A stretch of 64,000 nt of DNA from Bacteroidota bacterium. GTDB lineage: Bacteria; Bacteroidota; Bacteroidia; Chitinophagales; Chitinophagaceae. Below are positions 1-9,844 of this stretch, piece after piece (position 1 is the stretch's first letter; every line of letters begins with the position of its first letter). Both the position numbers and the translations under genes were made by a program. Under the pieces are notes generated by a model. That model did no database searches, was not told the origin of the DNA, and saw nothing but the letters and a program-made list of their open reading frames with translations. The stretch spans positions 24,992 to 88,991 of the forward strand of contig JBDKEH010000022.1 of NCBI GenBank assembly GCA_039795345.1, in the 5' to 3' direction.

Positions 1-130
1 AGACGGGCTCTTTATTGAAACACATCCTAATCCATCCGTTGCAAAAAGCGATGGAGCCAATATGTTAAAGCTTGATCTATTAGAACCTTTGTTACAAGAA
101 CTGGTTCGTTTAAGAAAAGCAGTATCATAG
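1..130 (+). CDS. kdsA: 3-deoxy-8-phosphooctulonate (KDO-8-P) synthase, C-terminal 42 codons only (gene begins upstream of window)
   Basis: Frame 2 translates [42 protein letters not shown]-stop (stop 128-130). The ETHP..P..A.SDG block is the conserved KdsA C-terminus. Confidence 0.7.
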   Translation, partial: DGLFIETHPNPSVAKSDGANMLKLDLLEPLLQELVRLRKAVS

Positions 131-137
131 AAAGAAT

Positions 138-299
138 CAAGAAAGAAGCATCAAGACACAAGTAAGTGTGATAAGATACAAGAAAGAAGCATCAAGAAAG
201 AGATGAATAGGAAGTGAAAAGAAAACCATCATGTGATTTTCTACTTGACTCTTGTAACTTATAAGTTCCTTGTACCCTGTTTCTTTATTCTTGTATCTT
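138..299. repeat. Purine-rich low-complexity spacer with NAAG words at 7-nt spacing, a 19-nt perfect direct repeat and a partial inverted complement
   Basis: CAAGAAAGAAGCATCAAGA occurs at 138-156 and 179-197. AAGATACAAGAA (173-184) is complemented by TTCTTGTATCTT (288-299). The region lies between the convergent kdsA and PspC-domain genes. Confidence 0.6.
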
Positions 300-308
300 C
301 CTCCCCCA

Positions 309-530
309 TTACCAGTTACGCAAAGGGTTTCTTCTTCCTGCGAGGATATAATTTTTGATATTGATCCAGAATGCAAGGATCATGTAGATGATGACAGGTG
401 ATCCCATGGTTAGAAAAGAGATATAAATAAACCACATCCTGATACGGGAGCTGGCAATACCTAATTTTTCACCAATAGCGGTGCAGACACCAAACGCCCT
501 TACTTCAAGAAATTCTCTTATTTTTTGCAT
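309..530 (-). CDS. PspC-domain membrane protein
   Basis: 73-aa ORF. The N-terminal FGVCTAIGEKLGI..SRIRMWFI stretch matches the PspC domain pattern and is followed by one TM helix. Confidence 0.65.
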   Translation of the reverse strand: MQKIREFLEVRAFGVCTAIGEKLGIASSRIRMWFIYISFLTMGSPVIIYMILAFWINIKNYILAGRRNPLRNW

Positions 531-798
531 ATATCTAGGGATTGAATGGGGGCTTTACAAAGCAAAATAGACAAATTTTTGCGAAAAAAGTTGATGAAAC
601 TGACCCAAGCTCATAAAGACTTTGGAGAATAGCATTGTCTTCCCAATTTACGTCTTTGCCTCCACCCTATTTTTCCGTAAATTCGCGCAGATTTTAGTCA
701 ATAATACGTCTGTTTGAATAGACTATTCTCTGGAAACTTTCCATAGCTAAGTTCTCAAATCAGATATCAGAAATCATACATCTTTAAATTTAAGACCC

Positions 799-3066
799 AT
801 GGCATTTGACATTGAAATGATCAAGAAAGTGTATGCTGAAATGCCTGCCAAGGTAGATGCTGCACGTAAGGCGCTCGGTCGCCCTTTGACACTGTCTGAG
901 AAGATCCTTTTTGCACACTTGCATCAGGACCAACAGCTGACCAATTTTGAGAGAGGAAAATCGTATGTCGATTTTGCGCCAGACCGTGTTGCCATGCAGG
1001 ATGCTACAGCACAAATGGCACTCTTACAGTTCATGCAGGCTGGTCGTCCGAAAGTAGCCGTTCCTTCTACTGTGCACTGCGATCACTTGATCACTGCCAA
1101 ACAAGAAGCTAAAAAAGATTTGGAAGTTGCTAATGCAGAAAGTAAAGAGGTTTACGACTTCCTCGCTTCTGTTTCCAATAAATACGGTATTGGATTCTGG
1201 AAACCCGGTGCCGGTATCATTCACCAGGTAGTTCTTGAAAACTATGCTTTTCCGGGTGGTATGATGATTGGAACCGATTCACATACCGTTAATGCCGGTG
1301 GATTGGGAATGATCGCCATTGGTGTAGGTGGTGCTGATGCATGTGATGTAATGGCAGGATTACCTTGGGAACTTAAATGGCCAAAACTGATTGGTGTTAA
1401 ATTAACAGGTAAACTAAGTGGCTGGACTGCTCCTAAAGACGTTATTCTAAAAGTTGCCGGTATCCTTACCGTAAAAGGTGGAACCGGTGCTATCGTAGAA
1501 TATTTTGGAGAAGGTGCAACCGCTATGAGCTGTACCGGAAAAGGAACCATTTGTAACATGGGTGCTGAAATTGGAGCAACCACTTCTACATTTGGTTATG
1601 ATGATAGCATGAGCCGTTATTTGAAAGCTACAGGTCGCGAAGAAGTGGCAGCTATGGCAGATGGTATCAAAGCTTATTTAAATGCAGACGCTGAAGTATA
1701 TGCGTCTCCTGAAAAATATTTCGATCAGGTAATCGAGATCAACCTGAGTGAGCTCGAGCCGCATTTGAACGGGCCTTTCACTCCGGATCTGGCTACACCT
1801 ATCTCTAAAATGAAAGAAATGGCTGCAGCCAATGGATGGCCTACAAAAGTAGAAGTGGGTCTGATCGGTAGCTGTACCAACAGTTCTTATGAAGATATCA
1901 GTCGTGCCGTAAGTCTGGCTCGTCAAGTAAAAGAAAAAGGACTGAAGACAAAAGCGCAATACACCATTACACCCGGTAGTGAACAAGTTCGTTATACCAT
2001 TGAACGTGATGGATTCTTGGATATCTTCTCAGAAATTGGTGCGACTGTTTTTGCCAATGCATGTGGACCCTGTATCGGTATGTGGGATCGTGTAGGTGCG
2101 GAAAAAGCTGAGAGAAATACCATCGTTCATTCCTTTAACAGAAACTTCGCCAAGCGTGCGGATGGTAATCCGAATACTTTAGCATTTGTTGCTTCACCAG
2201 AATTGGTAACAGCACTAGCTATTGCAGGTGATCTTACTTTCAATCCGATTACTGATACATTGACCAATGAAAAAGGAGAGCAAGTAAAATTAGATGAGCC
2301 TACAGGACAAGAATTGCCTCAGCGTGGCTTTGCAGTAGAAGATGCAGGCTATCAAGCACCTGCTGCTGATGGAAGTAGTGTACAAGTAGCTGTTGATCCG
2401 GCTTCAAAACGTTTGCAGTTGTTAGATCCTTTTGCTGCATGGGAAGGAACGGATCTGAAGGGATTGAAACTGTTGATCAAAGCAAAAGGAAAATGTACCA
2501 CAGACCATATCTCAATGGCTGGACCATGGTTGAAATTCCGCGGACACTTGGATAACATCAGTAATAACATGCTCATTGGAGCTTTGAATTTCTTCAATGA
2601 AAAAACAGACCTGGTAAAAAATCAACTTACCGGTGAATATGGCCCTGTACCTGCTACACAGCGAGCTTATAAAGCAAAAGGTATCGGATCCATTGTTGTT
2701 GGAGATGAGAACTATGGTGAAGGATCTTCAAGAGAGCATGCGGCTATGGAGCCACGTCATTTAGGTGTTCGTGCTATTCTGGTAAAATCATTTGCCCGTA
2801 TTCATGAAACCAACCTGAAGAAGCAAGGTATGCTTGCATTGACATTCGCGGATAAAAATGATTATGATAAAATTCAGGAAGATGATACAATCGATATTGA
2901 AGGTTTGACCAGTTTTGCTCCGGGTCAACCACTTACAGTTGTATTACATCACGCTGATGGAACTGTAGATAAGATCACAGTTAATCATACTTACAATCAG
3001 CAACAGATCGAATGGTTTAAAGCAGGTGGTGCTTTGAATATCATTCGTAAGCAAGTTGCCGGATAA
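799..3066 (+). CDS. acnA: Aconitate hydratase (monomeric, mitochondrial-type, 755 aa)
   Basis: Fe-S ligand blocks IGSCTNSS and NACGPCIG, plus GTDSHT and the full-length aconitase architecture. Confidence 0.95.
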   Translation: MAFDIEMIKKVYAEMPAKVDAARKALGRPLTLSEKILFAHLHQDQQLTNFERGKSYVDFAPDRVAMQDATAQMALLQFMQAGRPKVAVPSTVHCDHLITAKQEAKKDLEVANAESKEVYDFLASVSNKYGIGFWKPGAGIIHQVVLENYAFPGGMMIGTDSHTVNAGGLGMIAIGVGGADACDVMAGLPWELKWPKLIGVKLTGKLSGWTAPKDVILKVAGILTVKGGTGAIVEYFGEGATAMSCTGKGTICNMGAEIGATTSTFGYDDSMSRYLKATGREEVAAMADGIKAYLNADAEVYASPEKYFDQVIEINLSELEPHLNGPFTPDLATPISKMKEMAAANGWPTKVEVGLIGSCTNSSYEDISRAVSLARQVKEKGLKTKAQYTITPGSEQVRYTIERDGFLDIFSEIGATVFANACGPCIGMWDRVGAEKAERNTIVHSFNRNFAKRADGNPNTLAFVASPELVTALAIAGDLTFNPITDTLTNEKGEQVKLDEPTGQELPQRGFAVEDAGYQAPAADGSSVQVAVDPASKRLQLLDPFAAWEGTDLKGLKLLIKAKGKCTTDHISMAGPWLKFRGHLDNISNNMLIGALNFFNEKTDLVKNQLTGEYGPVPATQRAYKAKGIGSIVVGDENYGEGSSREHAAMEPRHLGVRAILVKSFARIHETNLKKQGMLALTFADKNDYDKIQEDDTIDIEGLTSFAPGQPLTVVLHHADGTVDKITVNHTYNQQQIEWFKAGGALNIIRKQVAG

Positions 3067-3086
3067 AAGTTAATAATTGTTCAAAT

Positions 3087-3118
3087 AAAAAAGCTCCGAA
3101 ATGATTCGGAGCTTTTTT
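3087..3118. terminator. Bidirectional intrinsic terminator between the convergent acn and membrane-protein genes
   Basis: AAAAAAGCTCCGAA-ATGA-TTCGGAGCTTTTTT: an 8-bp GC-containing stem flanked by an A-run and a T-run. Confidence 0.8.
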
Positions 3119-3137
3119 ATTGTTACCCGGTGAAAGA

Positions 3138-3569
3138 TCAGGCTTTCTTACCCATTCCATTCACCCATCCCACAACACCGCCAACAATACCGCCTAAAAC
3201 AGCAGAAGCAGCGATATCAACCCATACTGCATTCATGCCTAAAATATTGCTGGTTCCATACATGGTCAGATCAAATGATGCACCCATGATCAAACCAATG
3301 ACAGCTCCGGCAGATAATCCGGCAGATAGTGTACTGATATTGGCCCAGCGATTGAAAATATAAGAGTACAGAATACCTGTACAAATATTTCCAAGTATCA
3401 GAGACCACCATACCATTTCGGCCTCGGGGCGCATAACCCCTGTTGCAGTACCGCTGTTTTCAGCCATAAAATCCATTAACAACATTCCATAAATCAGCCA
3501 TCCGGCAAAGAAGGATACAATTCCTCCGGCTATGCCGGAGATCAACATTTTTGTGGTGTTCATAAGCAA
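3138..3569 (-). CDS. Small integral membrane protein (possibly DUF1761-like)
   Basis: 143 aa with four predicted TM helices and Gly-rich helices. The family assignment is from memory only. Confidence 0.55.
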   Translation of the reverse strand: MLMNTTKMLISGIAGGIVSFFAGWLIYGMLLMDFMAENSGTATGVMRPEAEMVWWSLILGNICTGILYSYIFNRWANISTLSAGLSAGAVIGLIMGASFDLTMYGTSNILGMNAVWVDIAASAVLGGIVGGVVGWVNGMGKKA

Positions 3570-3777
3570 TCGTTTTAAGGGGAAAAAATTTTAAACAAAA
3601 TAGACATCGGTTCCGGCAAATGCAAGTACCTGTACCATACACGGTAAAAAACTGTTCATAAACAGGGGATAACCCCATTTGACCATCCTTCACAAACAAT
3701 TATCATATAAAAGAATGTTCCAACAACAACAGTGCTTATTTTCACCGATTCGATTGAAAATCTACTATTTATAAACT

Positions 3778-4200
3778 ATGATTTGGGAAATTTTGACTGT
3801 TGCGGGTTTAGCCACATTTGAAGTCTACGCCGCCATACCTGCAGGTTTTGCATTTGGCCTCCCTGCCTGGACTATCTTTCTATCTAGTATGTCCGGCGGA
3901 TTAATCGGCGTATTCGTGGCTACTTTTTTAGGAGATAAGATCAAAATCTTTTTAGCCAAGTACCGTAAACCCAAACCCGAAAAACCTAAGACTGGACTCA
4001 TCTATACCCTTTGGGAAAAATATGGTATCATCGGTTTGGGGTTCTTTGGTACAATGACGGTTGGCGCACCGGTGAGCATTGGTGTGGGCGTAGGTTTTAA
4101 TGTGCCGCTACAAAAGTTATTGGTATGGTGCTGCATCGGTGTCGTAACACGTTGCGCATTATTTACGGCCATTGGTTATTATGGGCTGAAGTTGTTTTAG
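3778..4200 (+). CDS. Small membrane protein, putative small multidrug-export family
   Basis: 140 aa with four TM helices. The N-terminal FEVYAAIPAGFAFGL resembles the E-x-R-x-AIP-x-G motif of the Sm_multidrug_ex family. Confidence 0.5.
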   Translation: MIWEILTVAGLATFEVYAAIPAGFAFGLPAWTIFLSSMSGGLIGVFVATFLGDKIKIFLAKYRKPKPEKPKTGLIYTLWEKYGIIGLGFFGTMTVGAPVSIGVGVGFNVPLQKLLVWCCIGVVTRCALFTAIGYYGLKLF

Positions 4201-4266
4201 ACCATGGTCCATAGTCCATAGTCATTAGTAAAAGTTCTACACAATGGACCATAGACTATGGACTAA
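4201..4266. repeat. Imperfect hairpin built from CCAT(G/A)G heptamer words (same word family as 26391-26458)
   Basis: AT(G/A)G occurs at 4204, 4211 and 4218 in the left arm and at 4244, 4251 and 4258 in the right arm. Left arm 4207-4225 pairs with right arm 4244-4263 around a roughly 18-nt loop. The element lies between convergent genes. Confidence 0.7.
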
Positions 4267-4269
4267 CAG

Positions 4270-4998
4270 CTAAATGGTCAACAACAACAAAGACATATTT
4301 GACTGCATCAGAATTCTTTCCAGTCTTTGTTCGCGCATAAAGTAACTTGATAAGGTGCCCATTTTAACTGTAGGAATATTTTGTGACTGCATCATTTCTG
4401 AGAAGTTCGTCAGCTTTTTTTCTACCGCATTGAACTGATATACCAGTGATGAGGGTATATTCTGCTGATTCATGTTGGGTGCATCCAATAATGAAACAGC
4501 CTCAGACATTTCTCTTGCTGTATGAAACGCTCTTGTTTCGGGTTGTAATAATTCTTCTGAAATATTTGCGAGATCTGATTTAGCGATATACATCACAGTA
4601 CAACGTGAACGACATAACATTCTAAATACATCTAACCCTGTAGATTTTCCTGTTTCATACCACTCTTCTCTAGAGTAAAAAGCAATATCACAACCAAACT
4701 CTTCAACATACTGTTTGAAAACAGAAGGAGAGTCGCCAAAAATGATATCAATACTATACCCTTTTACCACTTCTTTATTTTCTTCTTCGATCTTACGAAT
4801 AGATTCAAGTGAAGAGGCTGAGAACTTATATCCATGTGCGTGTCTACTTAAGGTCATCAAATCACTTTCATTATCAGGTATAGGTACCACCTGAAGAAAA
4901 GTACAATGAAAACTTTCCGTTCTGTACAGTCTGGTAGCCAATCGGAACAGATTTACTGCATGTTCTGTACATCTGGTTGGAATAATGATCTTTTTCAT
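4270..4998 (-). CDS. Hypothetical protein with a degenerate universal-stress-protein-like N-terminal domain
   Basis: 242 aa. MKKIIIPTRCTEHAVNLFRLATRL parallels the USP start (ILVPTDFSE..AL.YA), but the typical ATP-binding Gly motif was not seen. The C-terminal roughly 90 aa have no recognisable domain. Confidence 0.5.
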   Translation of the reverse strand: MKKIIIPTRCTEHAVNLFRLATRLYRTESFHCTFLQVVPIPDNESDLMTLSRHAHGYKFSASSLESIRKIEEENKEVVKGYSIDIIFGDSPSVFKQYVEEFGCDIAFYSREEWYETGKSTGLDVFRMLCRSRCTVMYIAKSDLANISEELLQPETRAFHTAREMSEAVSLLDAPNMNQQNIPSSLVYQFNAVEKKLTNFSEMMQSQNIPTVKMGTLSSYFMREQRLERILMQSNMSLLLLTI

Positions 4999-5060
4999 AC
5001 CTGTAATTTTTGAGTCATGATACCAGAGGATTCTGTATCAAATGCAAACTTATTTTACAG

Positions 5061-5125
5061 GTATTGGTATGGATTAAGAAGGGTATTAAGAGATAGTTAG
5101 AAGTATTTAAGAACGGAATTAGAAA
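5061..5125. promoter_or_regulatory. Three tandem units of about 21 nt, each carrying TTA(A)GA half-sites at 10-12-nt spacing (candidate response-regulator boxes)
   Basis: TTAAGA/TTAGAA occurs at 5074, 5086, 5097, 5107 and 5119. GTATT occurs at 5061, 5083 and 5103. The units lie 60-135 nt upstream of the 4270-4998 gene and just downstream of the OmpR-type two-component operon. Confidence 0.4.
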
Positions 5126-5180
5126 GCAGCAGAAATTCTAATGCCATTCTAACAACCTTTTTAAATAAGGTTCTTTTCTG

Positions 5181-6545
5181 TTAAGAACGAATCGGGAAGC
5201 GCATTTCGGCCCTGGTTCCGGCCCCTTCCATTGAGGCAAATCGTATCTCACCCCTATGTATCCGAATAATTTTCTGGGCTAATGGAAGACCTACCCCATA
5301 ACCTTTATAGGCAGATGTATTAGAGGCTCGAAAGAAAGGATCGAAAATGTATCGTAGCTCTTTTTCAGGAATCCCAATTCCGCGGTCTTCTACAACTACT
5401 ATACATTGTGATTCTGTAGCATGAAGAGAAATAGTAACCTTATCATTATTGGAATACTTACAGGCATTTTGTACCACATTAGTGATAGCCAGTTTCAAAA
5501 GATTTTGATTCCCAAAAATCGTAATGTATTCTGTGTCTTCCGGTAGGCTTTCAAAGTTGATCTGTATATGATTTCCCGGATCTGTGAAATCTACTATTTT
5601 TTTAACTGACAAGATCAATTCATCTAAACGAATAGAACCCATGAACTCTTCTTTGACACTATTCCCAGCCTGTGCTAGCTCCAGTAAGCTAGTCGTAAGA
5701 TGATGTAGCTGATCAGCTTCACGTGCAATGACCGATAATGCTGCCTTGTATTCATGGGGATCACGCTCCTTACTTAAAGCCAACTCTGCTTCACCTAAGA
5801 TGGCTGTTAGGGGTGTCCTTAATTCATGTGATAATTTATTGACAAAATTTCTTTGTGTTTCAAAAGATGTTTCTAGACGATCTAACATATCGTTGAATGT
5901 CTGTGTAAGATCACTGATCTCCCCTTTGATAGGTTGCTCAGGCAAACGCATATCCAAATTGGTAACACTAATTTTTTTTACTCGTTGAATGATATTGGAA
6001 ATCGGATTGACAATTTCAGCAGAAAAAAGCATTCCTACTACGAATACAATAACAACAGCCAGTATAATACCTAGTATCAGATTTTGACGCATATCCCGCA
6101 ATGCTTCTTCGCCGTAATCATTTCGGGCCGACATCATGACAATATAACTTTTGCCACTGTATTTGTAAGGAATAATAGAATAGTAAGTAAGTCCATTGAT
6201 AAACTGAACAGTTTTCCCTGTATTCAATTGTTCTTCGACATCAGGTGGAAGTATTATATCGTGACCATTCAGGAATGTTGAATCAGGAAATTTATCAAAG
6301 AAATATTCTTTTTCATCCGGTAAGCGTTGTAAATGTTTTTGTCGGATCTCATTGTAAACGGTCGGCCCAAGCACCCCCTCTTCATAGTGAGCCTGTGCAG
6401 CAATACCTCCTCTTACAGTTAGACGATGAAAAAACTCCCGATCGATAGAACGTTTTGAGAAATGATAAATGAACACACTCAGCATCAATATGATGACGCC
6501 TGTTAATAGCGTAAATAATGTGGTAATCTTATTACGAATATTCAT
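5181..6545 (-). CDS. Sensor histidine kinase (two TM, HAMP, HisKA, HATPase_c)
   Basis: H-box SHELRTPLT, N-box VVQNACKYS, G-boxes DRGIGI and GYGVGL. Confidence 0.9.
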   Translation of the reverse strand: MNIRNKITTLFTLLTGVIILMLSVFIYHFSKRSIDREFFHRLTVRGGIAAQAHYEEGVLGPTVYNEIRQKHLQRLPDEKEYFFDKFPDSTFLNGHDIILPPDVEEQLNTGKTVQFINGLTYYSIIPYKYSGKSYIVMMSARNDYGEEALRDMRQNLILGIILAVVIVFVVGMLFSAEIVNPISNIIQRVKKISVTNLDMRLPEQPIKGEISDLTQTFNDMLDRLETSFETQRNFVNKLSHELRTPLTAILGEAELALSKERDPHEYKAALSVIAREADQLHHLTTSLLELAQAGNSVKEEFMGSIRLDELILSVKKIVDFTDPGNHIQINFESLPEDTEYITIFGNQNLLKLAITNVVQNACKYSNNDKVTISLHATESQCIVVVEDRGIGIPEKELRYIFDPFFRASNTSAYKGYGVGLPLAQKIIRIHRGEIRFASMEGAGTRAEMRFPIRS

Positions 6546-7231
6546 TAAGCGGTCTCTTTCATCATATAACCCATACCAATCATGGTATGTATGAGTTTGT
6601 CTTGTTTGTTTTTGTCGATCTTCTTACGAAGGTAATTGACATACACATCTACCACGTTTGTACCAAGGTTAAAATCAATATCCCACACATTTTCCAGTAT
6701 CTCCATTCTGGACAATACACGTGCTTGATTTTTCATGAAGAATTCCAGTAACTTATATTCTGTTGTTGTTAGAGAGATGGCTTCATCACCCCTGAAAGCG
6801 GTTTTTGCGTCTGTATCTAAACGTAAATCTGAGATCTTTAAAATATGAGCATCCGGTGCGGGATTATTACGGGTCATTCGTCTACCCAATGCATTTACCC
6901 TTGCTACCAGCTCAGTTATTTTAAAAGGTTTCACCATATAATCATCTGCACCGCTATCTAGTCCGGTAACAATATTTTCTGTACTGCCGAGTGCCGTTAA
7001 CATCAATACAGGTATGGAAATACCCTGAGAACGCATTTGCTTACACACTTGAATACCATTGACGCCCGGTAGCATAATGTCTAATATGACCATATCAAAG
7101 TTGTGGTCACTGACCATCTGTAATCCTGTATTACCATCCATTGCTACACTGACTTCAAAACCTATCTCTTTCAAACCTCTCTCAATCAATGAAATAACGG
7201 CAGCTTCATCTTCAATCAATAATATCTTCAT
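6545..7231 (-). CDS. OmpR/PhoB-family DNA-binding response regulator
   Basis: Start moved to MKILLIEDE (ATG complement at 7229-7231). Receiver domain with ILDIMLPG and a winged-helix C-terminus. TAATG junction with the downstream kinase. Confidence 0.9.
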   Translation of the reverse strand: MKILLIEDEAAVISLIERGLKEIGFEVSVAMDGNTGLQMVSDHNFDMVILDIMLPGVNGIQVCKQMRSQGISIPVLMLTALGSTENIVTGLDSGADDYMVKPFKITELVARVNALGRRMTRNNPAPDAHILKISDLRLDTDAKTAFRGDEAISLTTTEYKLLEFFMKNQARVLSRMEILENVWDIDFNLGTNVVDVYVNYLRKKIDKNKQDKLIHTMIGMGYMMKETA

Positions 7232-7379
7232 TGTTTCTGTATGCTTATTGCACACCAACAAAATAAGAATTTTAAAAGAACATTGAAACAGTTTATATTG
7301 ATAAGTGTTCGAATATTGTTGATTTTTAACACCGGAATTCATTGAAAACCATTTACAACTTGGATTTAAAGAAGATTGT

Positions 7380-8423
7380 ATGAAAAAAATAAGAGTTGGA
7401 TTATCCTCTTTCGGGATGTCAGGAAAAGTATTCCATGCCCCTTTTATTGATCAACATCCCGGCTTTGAGCTTTATGCAGTTTGGGAACGCTCCAAGTCTG
7501 AATCCGCAGTGATATATCCGGGTATTCATATTGTGAGATCATTGGAAGCACTATTGGAGGATGATAGTATCGAACTGATCGTTGTTAATACACCTACCAA
7601 CACACATTATGAATATGCTAAAAAAGCTTTAGAAGCCGGAAAATCAGTGATCGTTGAAAAAGCCTTTACCACAACAGTTACAGAAGCTCAATCACTCGCT
7701 TCATTAGCAAAAGAGAAAAATTTATGCTTATCGGTTTATCAGAACAGAAGATGGGACAGTGATTTTCAAACTGTACAAAAGATTATCCGGGAAGGTGTTT
7801 TAGGAGAATTAAAAGAGGTATCATTCTCATTCGATAGGTATAAAGATATAGTTGGCACTAAAGCACACAAAGAACTGCCCGGACCGGGCGCAGGACTTTT
7901 AAATGATCTGGGGCCACATCTGATCGATCAGGCATTGCTTTTGTTTGGAATGCCTCAACAAATTTTTGCCGATATCCGAATCCTTAGGCCTGAGTCTTTG
8001 GTAGATGACTATTTTGATCTGTTATTGTACTACCCCACTATGAGGGTTCGTTTGAAATCAAGTTTATTGGTAAAGGAACCTTTGCCTGCTTTTGTTATAC
8101 ATGGAAGCAAGGGTTCATTCCTAAAAATTCGTGGAGATGTTCAAGAAGCTGCATTGATTGCAGGTCAGAAACCCGGAAGTATCAACTGGGGTAATGAACC
8201 GGAAATCAATGATGGAATATTGCATACAATCATCCATGGAAAAGAAATAAAAGAAACAGTAAGAACGCTCTCCGGAAACTATGGTATTTTTTATGAAAAA
8301 TTCTATCAAGCTATGATTCATCACACAGCACCGCCCGTCACCGCTGCCGATGGATTACTTGTGATGCAAATATTGGAAGCCGCTGTAAAAAGCGCTCAAA
8401 ATGGAACTGTTTATAAATTTTAA
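7380..8423 (+). CDS. Gfo/Idh/MocA-family oxidoreductase
   Basis: N-terminal Rossmann segment IRVGLSSFGMSGKVFHAP and the EKAF motif, with family-typical length. Confidence 0.8.
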   Translation: MKKIRVGLSSFGMSGKVFHAPFIDQHPGFELYAVWERSKSESAVIYPGIHIVRSLEALLEDDSIELIVVNTPTNTHYEYAKKALEAGKSVIVEKAFTTTVTEAQSLASLAKEKNLCLSVYQNRRWDSDFQTVQKIIREGVLGELKEVSFSFDRYKDIVGTKAHKELPGPGAGLLNDLGPHLIDQALLLFGMPQQIFADIRILRPESLVDDYFDLLLYYPTMRVRLKSSLLVKEPLPAFVIHGSKGSFLKIRGDVQEAALIAGQKPGSINWGNEPEINDGILHTIIHGKEIKETVRTLSGNYGIFYEKFYQAMIHHTAPPVTAADGLLVMQILEAAVKSAQNGTVYKF

Positions 8424-8426
8424 ACA

Positions 8427-9110
8427 ATGCATGATTATTTATTGCCGTTAGAAAAAAAATTCAAGCACCATGCTGACAAGAACATTGCTTTAAAAGCAAA
8501 AGCTTATTTATTAGATCAATTCGAGCATTATGGGCTTACTGCTTCGTCCAGAAGAAATATCAGTAAGGAATATTTCAAAAAAAATCCGGTTGTAGATATC
8601 AAAGAGATCACAATAATCACTCAAGCTTGTTTTCAAAATCCCTATCGCGAGTTTCACCATGCCGGAATTGATTTCTTTGCATTCAATAAAAAATTTTGGG
8701 ATGAAGACGCAATACAAGTGATTGAATATGGTCTTTTACATCAAAGTTGGTGGGATTCAGTTGATGCAATTGCAAGTGATTGGATAGATCCCTATTTCAT
8801 CAAATTTCCCAAGCAGATTCGAAGTGTCACTAAGAAATGGAATCAATCAAAAGATATTTGGCTTCAGCGAAGCAGTATTCTTTTCCAGAAGTTTCGAAAA
8901 AAAGATACGGATACGAGGCTACTATCTGAATACATTTTGAACTGTGCCAACTCAAAAGAGTTTTTTATACAAAAAGGCATTGGCTGGGCGCTGAGAGAAT
9001 ATAGCAAAACAAATCCTGTCTGGGTCAGCCATTTTGTACAACAACATTCTTTACCAGCTTTGAGTAAGAGAGAGGCTTTAAAGATCATCCACAAAAAAGC
9101 CGGAATTTGA
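8427..9110 (+). CDS. DNA alkylation repair protein (AlkD/AlkC-like HEAT-repeat glycosylase family)
   Basis: WWDSVD, IWLQRSSIL and EFFIQKGIGWALREY blocks typical of the DNA_alkylation family. Confidence 0.8.
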   Translation: MHDYLLPLEKKFKHHADKNIALKAKAYLLDQFEHYGLTASSRRNISKEYFKKNPVVDIKEITIITQACFQNPYREFHHAGIDFFAFNKKFWDEDAIQVIEYGLLHQSWWDSVDAIASDWIDPYFIKFPKQIRSVTKKWNQSKDIWLQRSSILFQKFRKKDTDTRLLSEYILNCANSKEFFIQKGIGWALREYSKTNPVWVSHFVQQHSLPALSKREALKIIHKKAGI

Positions 9111-9119
9111 TTTCCGGCT
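9100..9119 (+). terminator. Hairpin overlapping the stop codon of the alkylation-repair gene
   Basis: GCCGGAAAT-TT-ATTTCCGGC with a preceding A-run and only a weak T-run. Confidence 0.5.
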
Positions 9120-9142
9120 TAACTATTGTTGTGATATTTTAA

Positions 9143-9793
9143 TTACATCTTCTTCGCGTCTTCTAGGAATTTTGCAAGACCAATATCTGTGAGCGGATGT
9201 TTTAACAGACCGAGAATAGAATCCAACGGACAAGTACACACGTCAGCACCCAATTCAGCGGCTTTTGTAATATGCAATGCACTACGAATAGATGCAGCAA
9301 GGATTTCTGTTTTGAATCCCTGAATATCATAGATATGTCGGATTTGTCCGATCAAATCCATACCATCCCAACCACTGTCATCAATACGACCAATAAACGG
9401 CGAAACATAAGTAGCACCTGCTTTTGCAGCAAGGATTGCTTGTCCTGCAGAGAATACTAAAGTGCAGTTGGTACGGATACCATTATCAGTAAACCATTTG
9501 ATCGCTTTCACACCATCTTTGATCATCGGAACTTTCACCACAATGTTTGGATGGATGGCTGCCAATTTTTTACCTTCTTCTACCATGGTAGCAAAATCAG
9601 TAGATAAAACCTCCGCACTTACATCCCCATCCACCAATTCACAAATCGCTTTATAGTGATTTGCAATTGCTTCTTCACCTTTCACACCTTCTTTGGCCAT
9701 TAAAGAAGGATTGGTGGTAACACCATCTAAAATTCCTAGGTCATTCGCTTCTTTGATTTGCGCAAGATTACCGGTGTCAATGAAAAATTTCAT
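9143..9793 (-). CDS. fsa: Fructose-6-phosphate aldolase / transaldolase type 3B
   Basis: [17 protein letters not shown] start, 216 aa, VKVP Schiff-base lysine region. Confidence 0.9.
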   Translation of the reverse strand: MKFFIDTGNLAQIKEANDLGILDGVTTNPSLMAKEGVKGEEAIANHYKAICELVDGDVSAEVLSTDFATMVEEGKKLAAIHPNIVVKVPMIKDGVKAIKWFTDNGIRTNCTLVFSAGQAILAAKAGATYVSPFIGRIDDSGWDGMDLIGQIRHIYDIQGFKTEILAASIRSALHITKAAELGADVCTCPLDSILGLLKHPLTDIGLAKFLEDAKKM

Positions 9794-9844
9794 ATTGATT
9801 GAATTAAGCCCCTTGGTGATGACTTCGGGGAGAAAGAAAAAAAT

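Noticed and set aside
1242-1583. 113-aa antisense ORF inside the aconitase gene; 1024-1224, 1678-1986 and 2352-2597 are similar
   Set aside because: These ORFs lie entirely within a strongly conserved, motif-verified CDS on the other strand. Their composition (P/A/S-rich mirror of the sense codons) is typical of shadow ORFs.
3570-3777. Possible riboswitch or attenuator upstream of the 3138-3569 membrane protein; minus-strand hairpins GGGG-TTAT-CCCC and CTGTT-TATG-AACAG plus a T-run
   Set aside because: The hairpins are short, and I could not match them to any riboswitch consensus I know (fluoride, guanidine, preQ1). The evidence is insufficient to call.
7232-7342. Long N-terminal extensions offered by the ORF track; also 11284-11409, 17986-18093, 43656-43784, 47054-47269, 50321-50386, 56331-56363, 59891-59929 and 61105-61125
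   Set aside because: In each case an internal ATG yields a canonical family N-terminus (receiver MKILLIEDE, a signal peptide or lipobox, or a P-loop start). The extensions overlap neighbouring genes or promoters.
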